Source: Thermoanaerobaculia bacterium
GTDB taxonomy: Bacteria > Acidobacteriota > Thermoanaerobaculia > Multivoradales > UBA5704
NCBI GenBank assembly: GCA_044226625.1
Contig: JBGAGQ010000052.1
Coordinates: 1-47,863 of the forward strand
DNA length: 47,863 bases
Direction of reading: 5' to 3'
Of the stretch, positions 27,724 through 36,359 are shown one piece after another. Position 1 is the stretch's first letter, and every line of letters begins with the position of its first letter. The notes under the pieces were generated by a model that ran no database searches, had not been told where the DNA came from, and saw only the letters and a program-made list of their open reading frames with translations. The position numbers and the translations under genes were made by a program.

Positions 27724-28377
27724 ATGAGGTCGAAGGGTCTCACGGCTTTCATTCTCCTCTTGGGGTGGGCGGGGGCGGGTTACGCCGCTTCGGTACCCGC
27801 GCTCGAGAGCCGAGGGGGCGAGCCGCTTTCAGACTCCGATCGTTCCTCCTTGGCCGCCTGGGCGATCGCCCAGCCCGAGGTCAAGAGCCACGTTGGAGAG
27901 AGCCGGACGCGGTTCCTCCGGGGCGGAGCGGAGGTCGCCAAGAAGGACGACGGTCGAGAGTACCGGCGGGCGGTGCTGTACTACCGCAACTATGACAGCG
28001 GTGTGGTCAACGAGGTCGAGGTCGATCTCGATTCGGGCGCGATCACGGTCCGCGACCGGCGAGACCAGGTGCAGCCGAACCGGGAAGAGGTCCAAGAGGC
28101 GCTCGCCATCGTCGCGCGCGATCCGCAGCTCGGCTCCCTGGTCAAAGATCCCAACATCTACGCCGACGGCGGTTTCTACGCGCGCAGCCTGATCGAGCGA
28201 GATCCCTGCTCGAAAGACGTCTGCCTGCAGATCCACCTGATGAACTCCGGAGCTGGCGCCGGTTGGTCCCATCGCCTCATCGTCAATCTGAGCCAAGGGA
28301 CGGTCGCCAATCGGAACTACCAGAGTCCGACCGTCCAAGGGCAGATCGTCCCGATGACCGATTTAGGAGGCAACTAG
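27724..28377 (+). CDS. secreted protein resembling copper amine oxidase N-terminal (N2/N3) domains
   Basis: RBS AAGGAG, signal peptide; RRAVLYYRNY...EVEVDLDSG...VQP...EEVQEALAIVARDP pattern. Confidence 0.6.
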   Translation: MRSKGLTAFILLLGWAGAGYAASVPALESRGGEPLSDSDRSSLAAWAIAQPEVKSHVGESRTRFLRGGAEVAKKDDGREYRRAVLYYRNYDSGVVNEVEVDLDSGAITVRDRRDQVQPNREEVQEALAIVARDPQLGSLVKDPNIYADGGFYARSLIERDPCSKDVCLQIHLMNSGAGAGWSHRLIVNLSQGTVANRNYQSPTVQGQIVPMTDLGGN

Positions 28378-28381
28378 ATCC

Positions 28382-29476
28382 ATGCGCCGCCCCATCGCTC
28401 TCGCACTCTTCGCCATCGGCGTCGCGACCCTGGGCTCGTCTCAGCTCTCGGCGCAGTGCACCGGCGTGAACCACGTCACCTGGCCGGCGGTCAACCCGGT
28501 CTGGGACTTCTGCTGGGTCCGCCCGTCGCAAACGTTGCAGCCCAATGGCGAAGGCATCCGCATCACGGACGTCTTCTACAAGGGCCGCAAGATCTTCAAG
28601 GACGGCGGCATCCCGGTGCTGAACGTCAACTACAGTCCGGGCGGCTGCGGCTGCTTCCGTGACTGGTTCGACCAGGAGAGGGCGTTCTCGTGCGCGCCGT
28701 CCCCGTCGTCGGGCTATTGCACTGGCACCTCCACGCCGGTCACCACGGTGTGCAACCATCCGGGCTCGGACGCCGGCACGTTCTCCGGCGTCTCGGTGGT
28801 CGACAAGGGGACCAGCCTCAAGCTGACCTCCCAGGCCCAGGCCGGCTGGTATCGCTACATCTCCACCTGGGAGTTCTTCCCCGACGGGCGGATCCACCCC
28901 GGCATGGACATCACGGCGGTCAACAACTCCTGCGTCGCCTCGACGCACCGGCACCACGCCTATTTCCGGTTCGACTTCGACCTCGACGCCAACTCGAACA
29001 ACTTCGTCGACAAGATCGGCGCGGCCTCGAGCTCGCGGGTCGCGACCGAGACCACCTGGACGGACTCCTCCAGCGAGCGGTCCCAGTGGCGCCTCGGCCG
29101 CACGGGTTCCTCGACCCGCGTCTACGTCCGCCGCAACGCGGAGGACGGATTCGCCGCGGGCGATACGTTCGGCAAGATCGACGGCGCGGTGCTCGCGTAC
29201 AGCGCCTCGGAGCTGAACGACTCGTCGGGCGGTTGCGACATCAACCTCACCCCATACACCAACGGGCAGAACGTCAGCAACGCCGACCTCGTGATGTGGG
29301 TCCACTCGATGGTCGATCACATCGGCGAGCCCGGCGGTATCTCGGCCGAGTGCTTCATGTTCGGACCGTGGGTGCAGGTGCGGACGACTCCGACCCCGTC
29401 GGACTTCAACGGCAACGGAGTTTCGGACGTCAAGCTCTACATGAACGGTACCTGGGCCTCGTTCCCGGTTCCCTGA
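28382..29476 (+). CDS. secreted copper amine oxidase-like catalytic domain, short and Cys-rich
   Basis: EGIRITDVFY, LNVNY, AGWYRYISTWEFFPDGRI (TPQ segment), HRHHAYFRFDFDLD (HxH), DLVMWVHSMVDH (third His); C-terminal FG-GAP-like repeat. Confidence 0.75.
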   Translation: MRRPIALALFAIGVATLGSSQLSAQCTGVNHVTWPAVNPVWDFCWVRPSQTLQPNGEGIRITDVFYKGRKIFKDGGIPVLNVNYSPGGCGCFRDWFDQERAFSCAPSPSSGYCTGTSTPVTTVCNHPGSDAGTFSGVSVVDKGTSLKLTSQAQAGWYRYISTWEFFPDGRIHPGMDITAVNNSCVASTHRHHAYFRFDFDLDANSNNFVDKIGAASSSRVATETTWTDSSSERSQWRLGRTGSSTRVYVRRNAEDGFAAGDTFGKIDGAVLAYSASELNDSSGGCDINLTPYTNGQNVSNADLVMWVHSMVDHIGEPGGISAECFMFGPWVQVRTTPTPSDFNGNGVSDVKLYMNGTWASFPVP

Positions 29477-29532
29477 CGCCGACGATCGCGACAGACCTCG
29501 AGATGCGAACTCTGACTATGCAGGAGAAGAAC

Positions 29533-30336
29533 ATGTCCTACACGAAGAGCGCGCTCGCCTCCCTCGCGGTGGCCGGCGCTTTCTCGCTGCTCGTGAGCCT
29601 GCCGGCCGCCGCCCAGGTGGTGACCGGCAATCCCGGCGGCAACTGCATCCCGGCGGCCGCGGACTACGACGGCGACGGCGATACCGACTATTCCCAGCTG
29701 TGCGACGGCGCCTGGCACTTCTATAACGCCGACGGCAGCTACCTCAAAGGGATCTGGGTCGGCAACATCCCCGGGATCTACCCGGTGGCCGCCGACTACG
29801 ACGGCGACGGCGCGGACGATCCGGTGATCTTCAACAACGGCGCCTGGATCACCTTCAACTACCAGACCGGCGCGATCGCCTCGGCGCTTTGGACCGGCCC
29901 TCCGGGAGCGCTCGGCTTGGCGTTCGACGTCGACGGTGACGGCAAGGCCGATCGCTCGGCCTACCAGGCGGGTGCCTGGCACTTCTTCAACAACGACGGC
30001 ACCTACAGGAAGGGCATCTGGATCGGCGACATCCAGGGACTGATCCCGGTTCCCGGCGATTACGTCGGCAACGGCATCGAGTCTCCGGTGATGTGGAACG
30101 CGGGAGCGTGGGTGCGGTTCGACTTCACGACCGGCGCGATCGTCTCGGCGGTCTACACCGGTCCGCCGTCCGGCGTTCCGGCGCCGCTCGATTACGACGG
30201 CGACGGTGGCCTCGACTTCACCGCCTACGACAGCGGTCCCTGGCATTTTTTCAACGACGACGGCACGTACAAAGGGGGAGTCTTCACCGGCGGCGGGCCG
30301 AACGACAAGCCGATCTCGCGCCGCTCGCTGCACTAG
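29533..30336 (+). CDS. secreted FG-GAP/VCBS repeat protein (5 repeats)
   Basis: RBS AGGAG, signal peptide ending AAA; DYDGDG x3, DVDGDG, DYVGNG. Confidence 0.88.
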   Translation: MSYTKSALASLAVAGAFSLLVSLPAAAQVVTGNPGGNCIPAAADYDGDGDTDYSQLCDGAWHFYNADGSYLKGIWVGNIPGIYPVAADYDGDGADDPVIFNNGAWITFNYQTGAIASALWTGPPGALGLAFDVDGDGKADRSAYQAGAWHFFNNDGTYRKGIWIGDIQGLIPVPGDYVGNGIESPVMWNAGAWVRFDFTTGAIVSAVYTGPPSGVPAPLDYDGDGGLDFTAYDSGPWHFFNDDGTYKGGVFTGGGPNDKPISRRSLH

Positions 30337-30350
30337 GCGCGCCGGCTCGG

Positions 30351-30389
30351 CGGCTTCCGGGGAGCCTCTGCGGGTTCCACCGGAAGCCG
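30351..30389. terminator. long hairpin between convergent genes
   Basis: CGGCTTCCGG-GGAGCC...GGTTCC-A-CCGGAAGCCG. Confidence 0.55.
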
Positions 30390-30441
30390 GCCGACCGATC
30401 CTACCGGCCGCGCTCGCGGCCGAGCTTCGAAACGGAGTGGA

Positions 30442-30921
30442 TCACAGGGCGGCGAGGACTTGCTCCGCGCCGCTCTTTTCGAATTTCCCCGGCTCGTCGA
30501 GGAAGAGGGCGGAGAGCACGCCGTCCTCGAAGATCGCGGCGTAACGGCGCGAGCGCTTACCCATGCCGAAGCGGGTGCTGTCGTTTTCGAGCCCCATCGC
30601 CCGCGTGAAGTCCCCGTTGCCGTCGGCCAGCATGACGATCTTGTGGCCGACCCCGCGGCTCGCCCCCCAGGCGTCCATCACGTAGTGATCGTTGACCGCG
30701 ACACAGGCGATCACCTCGACCCCCTTGGCGTGCAGCTCGTCGGCGTGGTCGATGAAGCTTGGCAGGTGGTAGTCCGAGCAGGTGGGGGTAAACGCTCCCG
30801 GCACCGCGAACAGCACTACCTTGCGACCGCGGCAGAGCTCGCCGGTCGCGACCTGTCGCACCTCGCCGCGCTCCATCGTGAGTAGCTTGACGTCAGGGAT
30901 CTTTTGGCCGACTTCGAGCAT
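30442..30921 (-). CDS. peroxiredoxin (Prx5/type II)
   Basis: VPGAFTPTCS..HLP, VNDHYVMDAW, ADGNGDF, RSRRYA. Confidence 0.95.
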   Translation of the reverse strand: MLEVGQKIPDVKLLTMERGEVRQVATGELCRGRKVVLFAVPGAFTPTCSDYHLPSFIDHADELHAKGVEVIACVAVNDHYVMDAWGASRGVGHKIVMLADGNGDFTRAMGLENDSTRFGMGKRSRRYAAIFEDGVLSALFLDEPGKFEKSGAEQVLAAL

Positions 30922-31034
30922 TCAGGGTACTCCTCGTAGATGTTCCTTCAGAGCCGATGATCGTAATCCGTAGGACGCTTCACGACAACCGCGTGGCGTC
31001 GCCGCCGCGGGCGGCCGGAGTAGGATAGGGCATC

Positions 31035-31640
31035 GTGCGACCCGCTCGAACGCGCCTCCCGATTTGGATCGCGGCCGCCACTCTGCTGGCGGGCTCCGTG
31101 GCCGCTTGCTCGGGCGGCGGTCCGGGGGAGGAGCGTGCCCCGCAGACGGCACGGAGATCCGAAGCGCAGCGGCCCGCCGAGCGCGAGCGATCTTCACGGC
31201 CGGAGCGCGAGGTCCGAGCGCGCGGCGTAAGGGCTCGTTGGAGCGACACCGAACCGCCGATCAACCTCACGCACCTCTTCGAGGGGCAGGTCAACAAGCG
31301 GGGCAAGCCGGTCGGATTCCACGCCCGGCCCGGCGGTGTCGATCCCGAGGGCGCGCGCCTCGTCCGCGTCGTCGACGGCCCGGATCGCGCCGGGGTCTAT
31401 ATCGCGAACGTCGAGATCCGCGGCCAATCGGAGCGTTGGCTGGAGAAGACCTCGACCCTCTTTCCGGACGACTTCACGTCGGACGAGGTGCAGGCCGCGA
31501 TCCTCGCCGCGTTCGAGCGCTCCGGGGCGACCGAGAAATGGCGCGGCGACTCGGGGCGGGGTTTCACGATCGAAGGGTATTACCAGAACGGCCGGATCAA
31601 CACGGCGTATCCGATCTTTCGGGGATCGGGGAGGAGGTGA
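31035..31640 (+). CDS. EndoU (bacterial) nuclease-domain lipoprotein
   Basis: Lipobox VAAC; THLFEG, GFH, KTSTLFPDD, WRG, INTAYP match the bacterial EndoU pattern. Confidence 0.75.
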   Translation: MRPARTRLPIWIAAATLLAGSVAACSGGGPGEERAPQTARRSEAQRPAERERSSRPEREVRARGVRARWSDTEPPINLTHLFEGQVNKRGKPVGFHARPGGVDPEGARLVRVVDGPDRAGVYIANVEIRGQSERWLEKTSTLFPDDFTSDEVQAAILAAFERSGATEKWRGDSGRGFTIEGYYQNGRINTAYPIFRGSGRR

Positions 31641-31642
31641 GC

Positions 31643-32047
31643 ATGGCGATCCACCGGAACCCGTCTCGGTCGGAGGGCTCGTCCGAGCCGAGCTTGCTGC
31701 GAATCTTTCGCGACGAGGCCGGCGATCTGCGGGCCGAGGACCTCTCTCGACGGTCGCGGCGCGGTCTGTTGGTGGCGTTTCTCGAGAGCGAGGTGCAGGG
31801 GAGCGCGGCGGTCGGGCGCGAGATCCTGGAGCAGCTCGCCCAGGTGGTGGCCGGCGAGCGAGTACGCGCGAAATGGACCGGCAACGCCCACACGCTCGTC
31901 ATCGGCAAGAAGACCGCTCTGATCACCGACGAGATCGACCCGGAGTCGCCGAGTCTCCGGCTGCCGATCGGCGACCTCTACAGCGCGCTCGACGCCTGGC
32001 TTGACGTGGTCGAAGGCAACGGCAACGGCGCGAGCGCCGGAGAGTGA
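31643..32047 (+). CDS. small protein, YacL/UPF0231-like; possible EndoU partner
   Basis: RBS GGAGG, 2 nt after the EndoU stop; FLESEVQG...WTGNAHTL...LDAWLD. Confidence 0.5.
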   Translation: MAIHRNPSRSEGSSEPSLLRIFRDEAGDLRAEDLSRRSRRGLLVAFLESEVQGSAAVGREILEQLAQVVAGERVRAKWTGNAHTLVIGKKTALITDEIDPESPSLRLPIGDLYSALDAWLDVVEGNGNGASAGE

Positions 32048-32057
32048 CGGCAAGCCG

Positions 32058-32426
32058 ATGCCGCTGTCCCCCGACTACCGCGCGTATGCCCTCGAGCAGC
32101 TGGAGCGTGCCGCGCCGGTGACTGCCAAGACGATGTTCGGCGGCGCGGGGCTCTATCTCGACGGGTTGATCTTCGGACTGCTCGACGACGACCGGACGTT
32201 CTTCAAAGCGGACGAGACCAACGCCGTGTTGTTCGACGCCCACGGGACCGACTGGTTCCACCCGTACGGCGACGAGCGGACGATGCCCTATCGCGAAGTG
32301 CCGGTCGAAGTGCTCGAAGATCCCGACGAGCTGCGCGGCTGGATCGAGGCGGCCGTGGAGATCGCGAAGAGGAAGAAGGCGGCGAAGGGAGCGAAGGGGA
32401 AGGCCACGAAGCGCCCGAAAAGGTGA
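32058..32426 (+). CDS. TfoX/Sxy N-terminal domain protein
   Basis: KTMFGGAGLY.DG.IFGL, FFKAD, MPYREVP.EVLED. Confidence 0.9.
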   Translation: MPLSPDYRAYALEQLERAAPVTAKTMFGGAGLYLDGLIFGLLDDDRTFFKADETNAVLFDAHGTDWFHPYGDERTMPYREVPVEVLEDPDELRGWIEAAVEIAKRKKAAKGAKGKATKRPKR

Positions 32427-32434
32427 GGCAGTCG

Positions 32435-32714
32435 CCCCCACCTCGATCCTCCCCCGCAAGCGGGGGAGGAGGCCCGCCCGGCCTTCTCTTCGCCCTTACT
32501 TCTGCGCCCCGCCCGTTCCCGCCTCGCTCTCCCTGCGGAGGGTCCCTCCCCCCGCTTGCGGGGGGAGGCTAGGAGGGGGGCGTTGTACGCCGATCCGCGC
32601 ACCGACCCCCACCTCGATCCTCCCCCGCAAGCGGGGGAGGAAGATCCTGAAGTCGCCACTGCCTCTGAATGGAGCGTCCCTCTCCCCGCTTGCGGGGGGA
32701 GGCCAGGAGGGGGG
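32435..32714. repeat. REP/BIME-like cluster, four units in alternating orientation
   Basis: CCCCCACCTCGATCCTCCCCCGCAAGCGGGGGAGGA at 32435 and 32606; inverted relatives CCCTC..CCCGCTTGCGGGGGGAGGC.AGGAGGGGGG at 32543 and 32677. Confidence 0.85.
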
Positions 32715-32734
32715 CCTCAGCCGCCTGCCGAAGC

Positions 32735-34180
32735 CTAGAACCGGCCCCACAGGTACTGGTTCGTCACCTCGTGGTGGAACTGAACCTCGCTCGCTTTGAT
32801 CAGCGTGCCCAAAGCCTTCGGGCAGCGCTCGGCCTGGGCGAGCTTGATCTCGGCGTATTTGGCGTGGACTTCTTCGCCGAGCAGGTCGGCGGCGAAGCGG
32901 CTCCCCTTGAACAGGCGGATCGCGTCGTAGATGTTGTCGGGGAGGAAGCGGGTCCGCGGCCGCTTGCCTTCGGACTCCTCCTCCGCGATCGGCCCCTCGA
33001 GGCCGGTTCTGAGCAGCGAGTAGATCGCCATGTAGGGGTTCGAGTCGGGCGCGATCGAGCGGACCTCCACGCGCGCCGATTTTTCGTTGCCGAGGGGGAT
33101 GCGGACCATCGAGCCGCGGTCGATCGGCGAGGCCTTGATCTGGTTCGGCGCCTCGAAGTGCGGGTCGAGCCGGCGGTAGGAGTTGACGCTCGAGTTGAGG
33201 ATCAAGCAGACGTCCGAGGCGTTGGCGAGGATCCGCTGGATGTAGTCCCAGCCGGCGGGGGAGAGGCCGTCCTTGCCGTTCGGGTCGTAGAACAGGTTCT
33301 TGCCCGCCGCGGTGATCGACATGTTCGTGTGCATGCCGCTGCCGTTGATGCCGGTGACCGGCTTGGGCAGGAACGACGCCGTCATGTCCATCCGCGCCGC
33401 CACCTGGCGCGAGAGAAGCTTATAGAGCTGCACCTGATCGGCCGCGATGGTCGCCTCGGTGTAGCTGTAGTTCATCTCGAACTGGGAGGGGGCGACCTCC
33501 GGGTGGTCCTTCTCGTTCGCGAAGCCCATCGCGCGCTGCACCTCGGCCGCGCTGTCGATGAACTGGCGCAGGGCGTCGCCCGGCAGCGAGTGGTAGTAGC
33601 CGCCCGTGCTGATGAACTCGAACTGCTCCGTCTCGGGGAAGCGCCGCTCGGCGTCGCGCCCCTTGAACAGGAAGCCCTCGATCTCGTTCGCGACGTTCGC
33701 CACCTTGCCGCCGTCGGCGTAGAGCTGGTCGCAGTAGCTCTTGAGCCGCGCGCGGAGGTCGGCGCGGTAGGCCGCGCCGTCGCGCTCCCGGACCTCGCCG
33801 AAGACGAGCACCTTGCCCGGTCCGAACACGTCGGAGGGGAGCCAATAGAACGCGGGCCAGTCGATCGCGAGGCGCAGGTCGGATTCCTGCTGCGCCGAAA
33901 AGCCGCGGATCGACGAGCCGTCGAACGTCAGGTTGTCGGCCGACTTGAGCAGGAACTTCTTGTCGTAGTCCAACATGTGGAGCCGGCCTTCGAGGTCGGT
34001 GAAGCAGACCGTCACCGCCTTGATCCGCTTCTCGTCCTGGAGGTAGCGCATCCGCTCCTCCTGGATCTCCTCGGGGGACTTCCGGGCCAACCGGTCGGCC
34101 TTCGCCGCCAGGTTCATCTCCTCCAGGCGGTCGTAGGGAATCTCCAGAAAGTCGCGCAACGGCGGCGTAGACGTCGTCAT
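32735..34180 (-). CDS. glnA: glutamine synthetase family protein (type I)
   Basis: FDGSSIRGF, EIEGFL, HPEVAPSQFE, FLPKP..GINGSGMH, NSYRRL...EAP, RVEVRS..PDSNPY; RBS before ATG 34180. Confidence 0.88.
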   Translation of the reverse strand: MTTSTPPLRDFLEIPYDRLEEMNLAAKADRLARKSPEEIQEERMRYLQDEKRIKAVTVCFTDLEGRLHMLDYDKKFLLKSADNLTFDGSSIRGFSAQQESDLRLAIDWPAFYWLPSDVFGPGKVLVFGEVRERDGAAYRADLRARLKSYCDQLYADGGKVANVANEIEGFLFKGRDAERRFPETEQFEFISTGGYYHSLPGDALRQFIDSAAEVQRAMGFANEKDHPEVAPSQFEMNYSYTEATIAADQVQLYKLLSRQVAARMDMTASFLPKPVTGINGSGMHTNMSITAAGKNLFYDPNGKDGLSPAGWDYIQRILANASDVCLILNSSVNSYRRLDPHFEAPNQIKASPIDRGSMVRIPLGNEKSARVEVRSIAPDSNPYMAIYSLLRTGLEGPIAEEESEGKRPRTRFLPDNIYDAIRLFKGSRFAADLLGEEVHAKYAEIKLAQAERCPKALGTLIKASEVQFHHEVTNQYLWGRF

Positions 34181-34260
34181 GGGAATCTCCTCGGAAGAGG
34201 CATGCGCCTCAGGTTCAGTCGTCGGAGTCAAAATCTACCACGACTAACCTAAAAAAGAGG

Positions 34261-34277
34261 AGATTTAGCCTAAATCT
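34261..34277. promoter_or_regulatory. AT-rich palindrome upstream of glnA (candidate operator)
   Basis: AGATTTAG-C-CTAAATCT, a perfect 8-1-8 inverted repeat. Confidence 0.5.
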
Positions 34278-34303
34278 TTTGTTTCGAGATGGTCGCGACG
34301 GCG

Positions 34304-36127
34304 CTAGAGGCGGATCGCCTCCAGCTCGTCGATCCTCTCGCGCACCAGATCGAAGCCTCCCTGCCAGAACGCGGGATCGGTCGGATCGATCCCGAACTCG
34401 GCGAGGATCGCCATGGGGCGCGCGGCGCCGCCGTAGGAGAGGAGCTTCAGGTACCCCGGTTTGAACGCCTCTCCCTGCTCCTGGAACCGGCGGTACAGGG
34501 CGAGCACGAGGAGCTGGCCGAAGCTGTAGGCGTAGCAGTAGAACGGCGTCTGGTAGATGTGAGGGATCGACAGCCACTCGTAGCGGAACTCGTCGGACAC
34601 CTCGACCGAATCGCCGAACTGCTCCTTGAGCTTCTCGAGGTAGAGATCGGAGATCTCGTCGAGGGAGCGCCCGGCGAGGATTCCCTCATGCGCTTCGAGC
34701 TCGAACAGGACGAAGTAGGTCTGGCGCAGCACCGTCGCGTAGACGTCGTCGACCGCGGAGGCGAGGAGCTCCCGCCGAGCGAGCGGATCGGACTCCTCTT
34801 TGAGCAGGCGGTCGGTGATCAGCATCTCGCCGAACACCGAGGCGGTCTCGGCGAGGGGCAGCGAGGCGTGCTGGGTGAGCATCGAGTGGTGCTCGGACAG
34901 CATGCTGTGGATCGCGTGGCCGAGCTCGTGGGCGAGAGTCGCCACGTCGCGCACGCGCCCGGTGTAGTTGGTGAGGACGTACGGCGTGATGGCCGGCAGC
35001 ACCGTCATGCAGAAGGCGCCGCCGCGCTTGCCGCGACGGGTCTCGCTGTCGATGTGATGCTCACCGAACACGCGCTCGGCCTGGGACGCAAACTTCGGAT
35101 GGAACTCCCGGAAGGTGTCGAGCACCAGGTCGACCGCCTTGCCGTAGGGAACTTCCTTGTCCGAGGTAGCGAGCGGCGCGTACAGGTCGTAGCGGCGGAG
35201 CTTCGGTAGGCCGAGCCAGCCGGCTTTGAGGCGGAAGTAGCGCTGGAACAGAGGGGCGTTCGCGCGCACCGTCTGCAGCAAGGCCTGGACCGCCTCGTCG
35301 GGGATGTCGTTGTCGATGTTGCGCACCGCGATCGGCGAGGCGTAGCCGCGCAGCAGCACGTTCTCGTCGTGCCAGTCGCGCACCCGGTTGACGTAGATCT
35401 GGCCGAGGATGGTCGCCTCTTCGCCGTAGACCTTGTACAGCTCGCGATAGGCCGCCTGGCGGAGCTCCGGGTTGGGCGAGAACGCGTAGCTCATCAGGCC
35501 GTCGCGGGTGAGGCGCTTGGTCTCTCCGTCCACCTCGAGATGGAACTCGATCCGATTGGTGAGCATCGAATAGAGCGTGACGACGGCGCCGATCCCGTTG
35601 TCGTCCTTGAGGTTGATGATCTGTTCGGAGCGCTCGTCGAGGGTATGTGGCTTCAGACGGCGCAGATCGAGGAGGTAATGCAGCTCGTCCGGATGCTCCG
35701 CCGCGTCCGGCAGCAGGGCCGCCGCCTCGGTCTCGTTCAAGCTCTTCCACCAGAGGCCGAAGAAGAGGATCCGGTTGCCCCAACCGGTCATCATCTGATT
35801 CGTGCGGTTCCGGAAGTTCAGCGCGTCGCGGTCGCCGGTGTTCTCCGAGAACCAGAGCGAGGCATAGCCGGCCAGGCGGTTCATCAGTTCGCCGAGCCGC
35901 TCGTAGCGATGGAGGACGTCGAGGAACGCGGCGCGCCCCATCTGGGGCGAAAGCTCGGCCCGGCACGCCTCGAAGGCGGTCACCTGGGCGTCGAGATCCG
36001 CGAAGCGGGCGGTGATCGCCGGCTCGCTCCGGTCGGGCAGGAGATCTCGGAGATCCCAGCCGCGGATCTCATAGGAGGCACGGGGTGCCTTGGGCTCGGT
36101 CGTCGGTTCGGTCGATAGGGCGATCAT
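34304..36127 (-). CDS. pepF: M3 family oligoendopeptidase F
   Basis: WDL, KRGGAFC, TLAHELGHAIH, LAETASVF.E, IPHIY..PFYCYAYSFG. Confidence 0.92.
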   Translation of the reverse strand: MIALSTEPTTEPKAPRASYEIRGWDLRDLLPDRSEPAITARFADLDAQVTAFEACRAELSPQMGRAAFLDVLHRYERLGELMNRLAGYASLWFSENTGDRDALNFRNRTNQMMTGWGNRILFFGLWWKSLNETEAAALLPDAAEHPDELHYLLDLRRLKPHTLDERSEQIINLKDDNGIGAVVTLYSMLTNRIEFHLEVDGETKRLTRDGLMSYAFSPNPELRQAAYRELYKVYGEEATILGQIYVNRVRDWHDENVLLRGYASPIAVRNIDNDIPDEAVQALLQTVRANAPLFQRYFRLKAGWLGLPKLRRYDLYAPLATSDKEVPYGKAVDLVLDTFREFHPKFASQAERVFGEHHIDSETRRGKRGGAFCMTVLPAITPYVLTNYTGRVRDVATLAHELGHAIHSMLSEHHSMLTQHASLPLAETASVFGEMLITDRLLKEESDPLARRELLASAVDDVYATVLRQTYFVLFELEAHEGILAGRSLDEISDLYLEKLKEQFGDSVEVSDEFRYEWLSIPHIYQTPFYCYAYSFGQLLVLALYRRFQEQGEAFKPGYLKLLSYGGAARPMAILAEFGIDPTDPAFWQGGFDLVRERIDELEAIRL

Positions 36128-36359
36128 CTCGTCTCGAGCTCGAAAAGGGGGGAACGCGTTCCGGCCCGGCCATCCGCGGCCCGCCGGATTTCAGGAAGGT
36201 CGATTCTATTCGATCCGGCTCCCGGATCCCGCAACCGGCTCGATCGGAGCGCCTGGAGAGGGGAATCGGGGGGGCCGTGAGGAGGGACCGCCCCGTGCCC
36301 GGATGCGACCCGCCACGCGGACGGCCTGGAAGGCCCGCCCGCGTGGCGTCATGGAACGG

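Noticed and set aside
32435-32714. CRISPR-like repeat-spacer pattern
   Set aside because: Units alternate in orientation and only two are identical; this fits REP/BIME.
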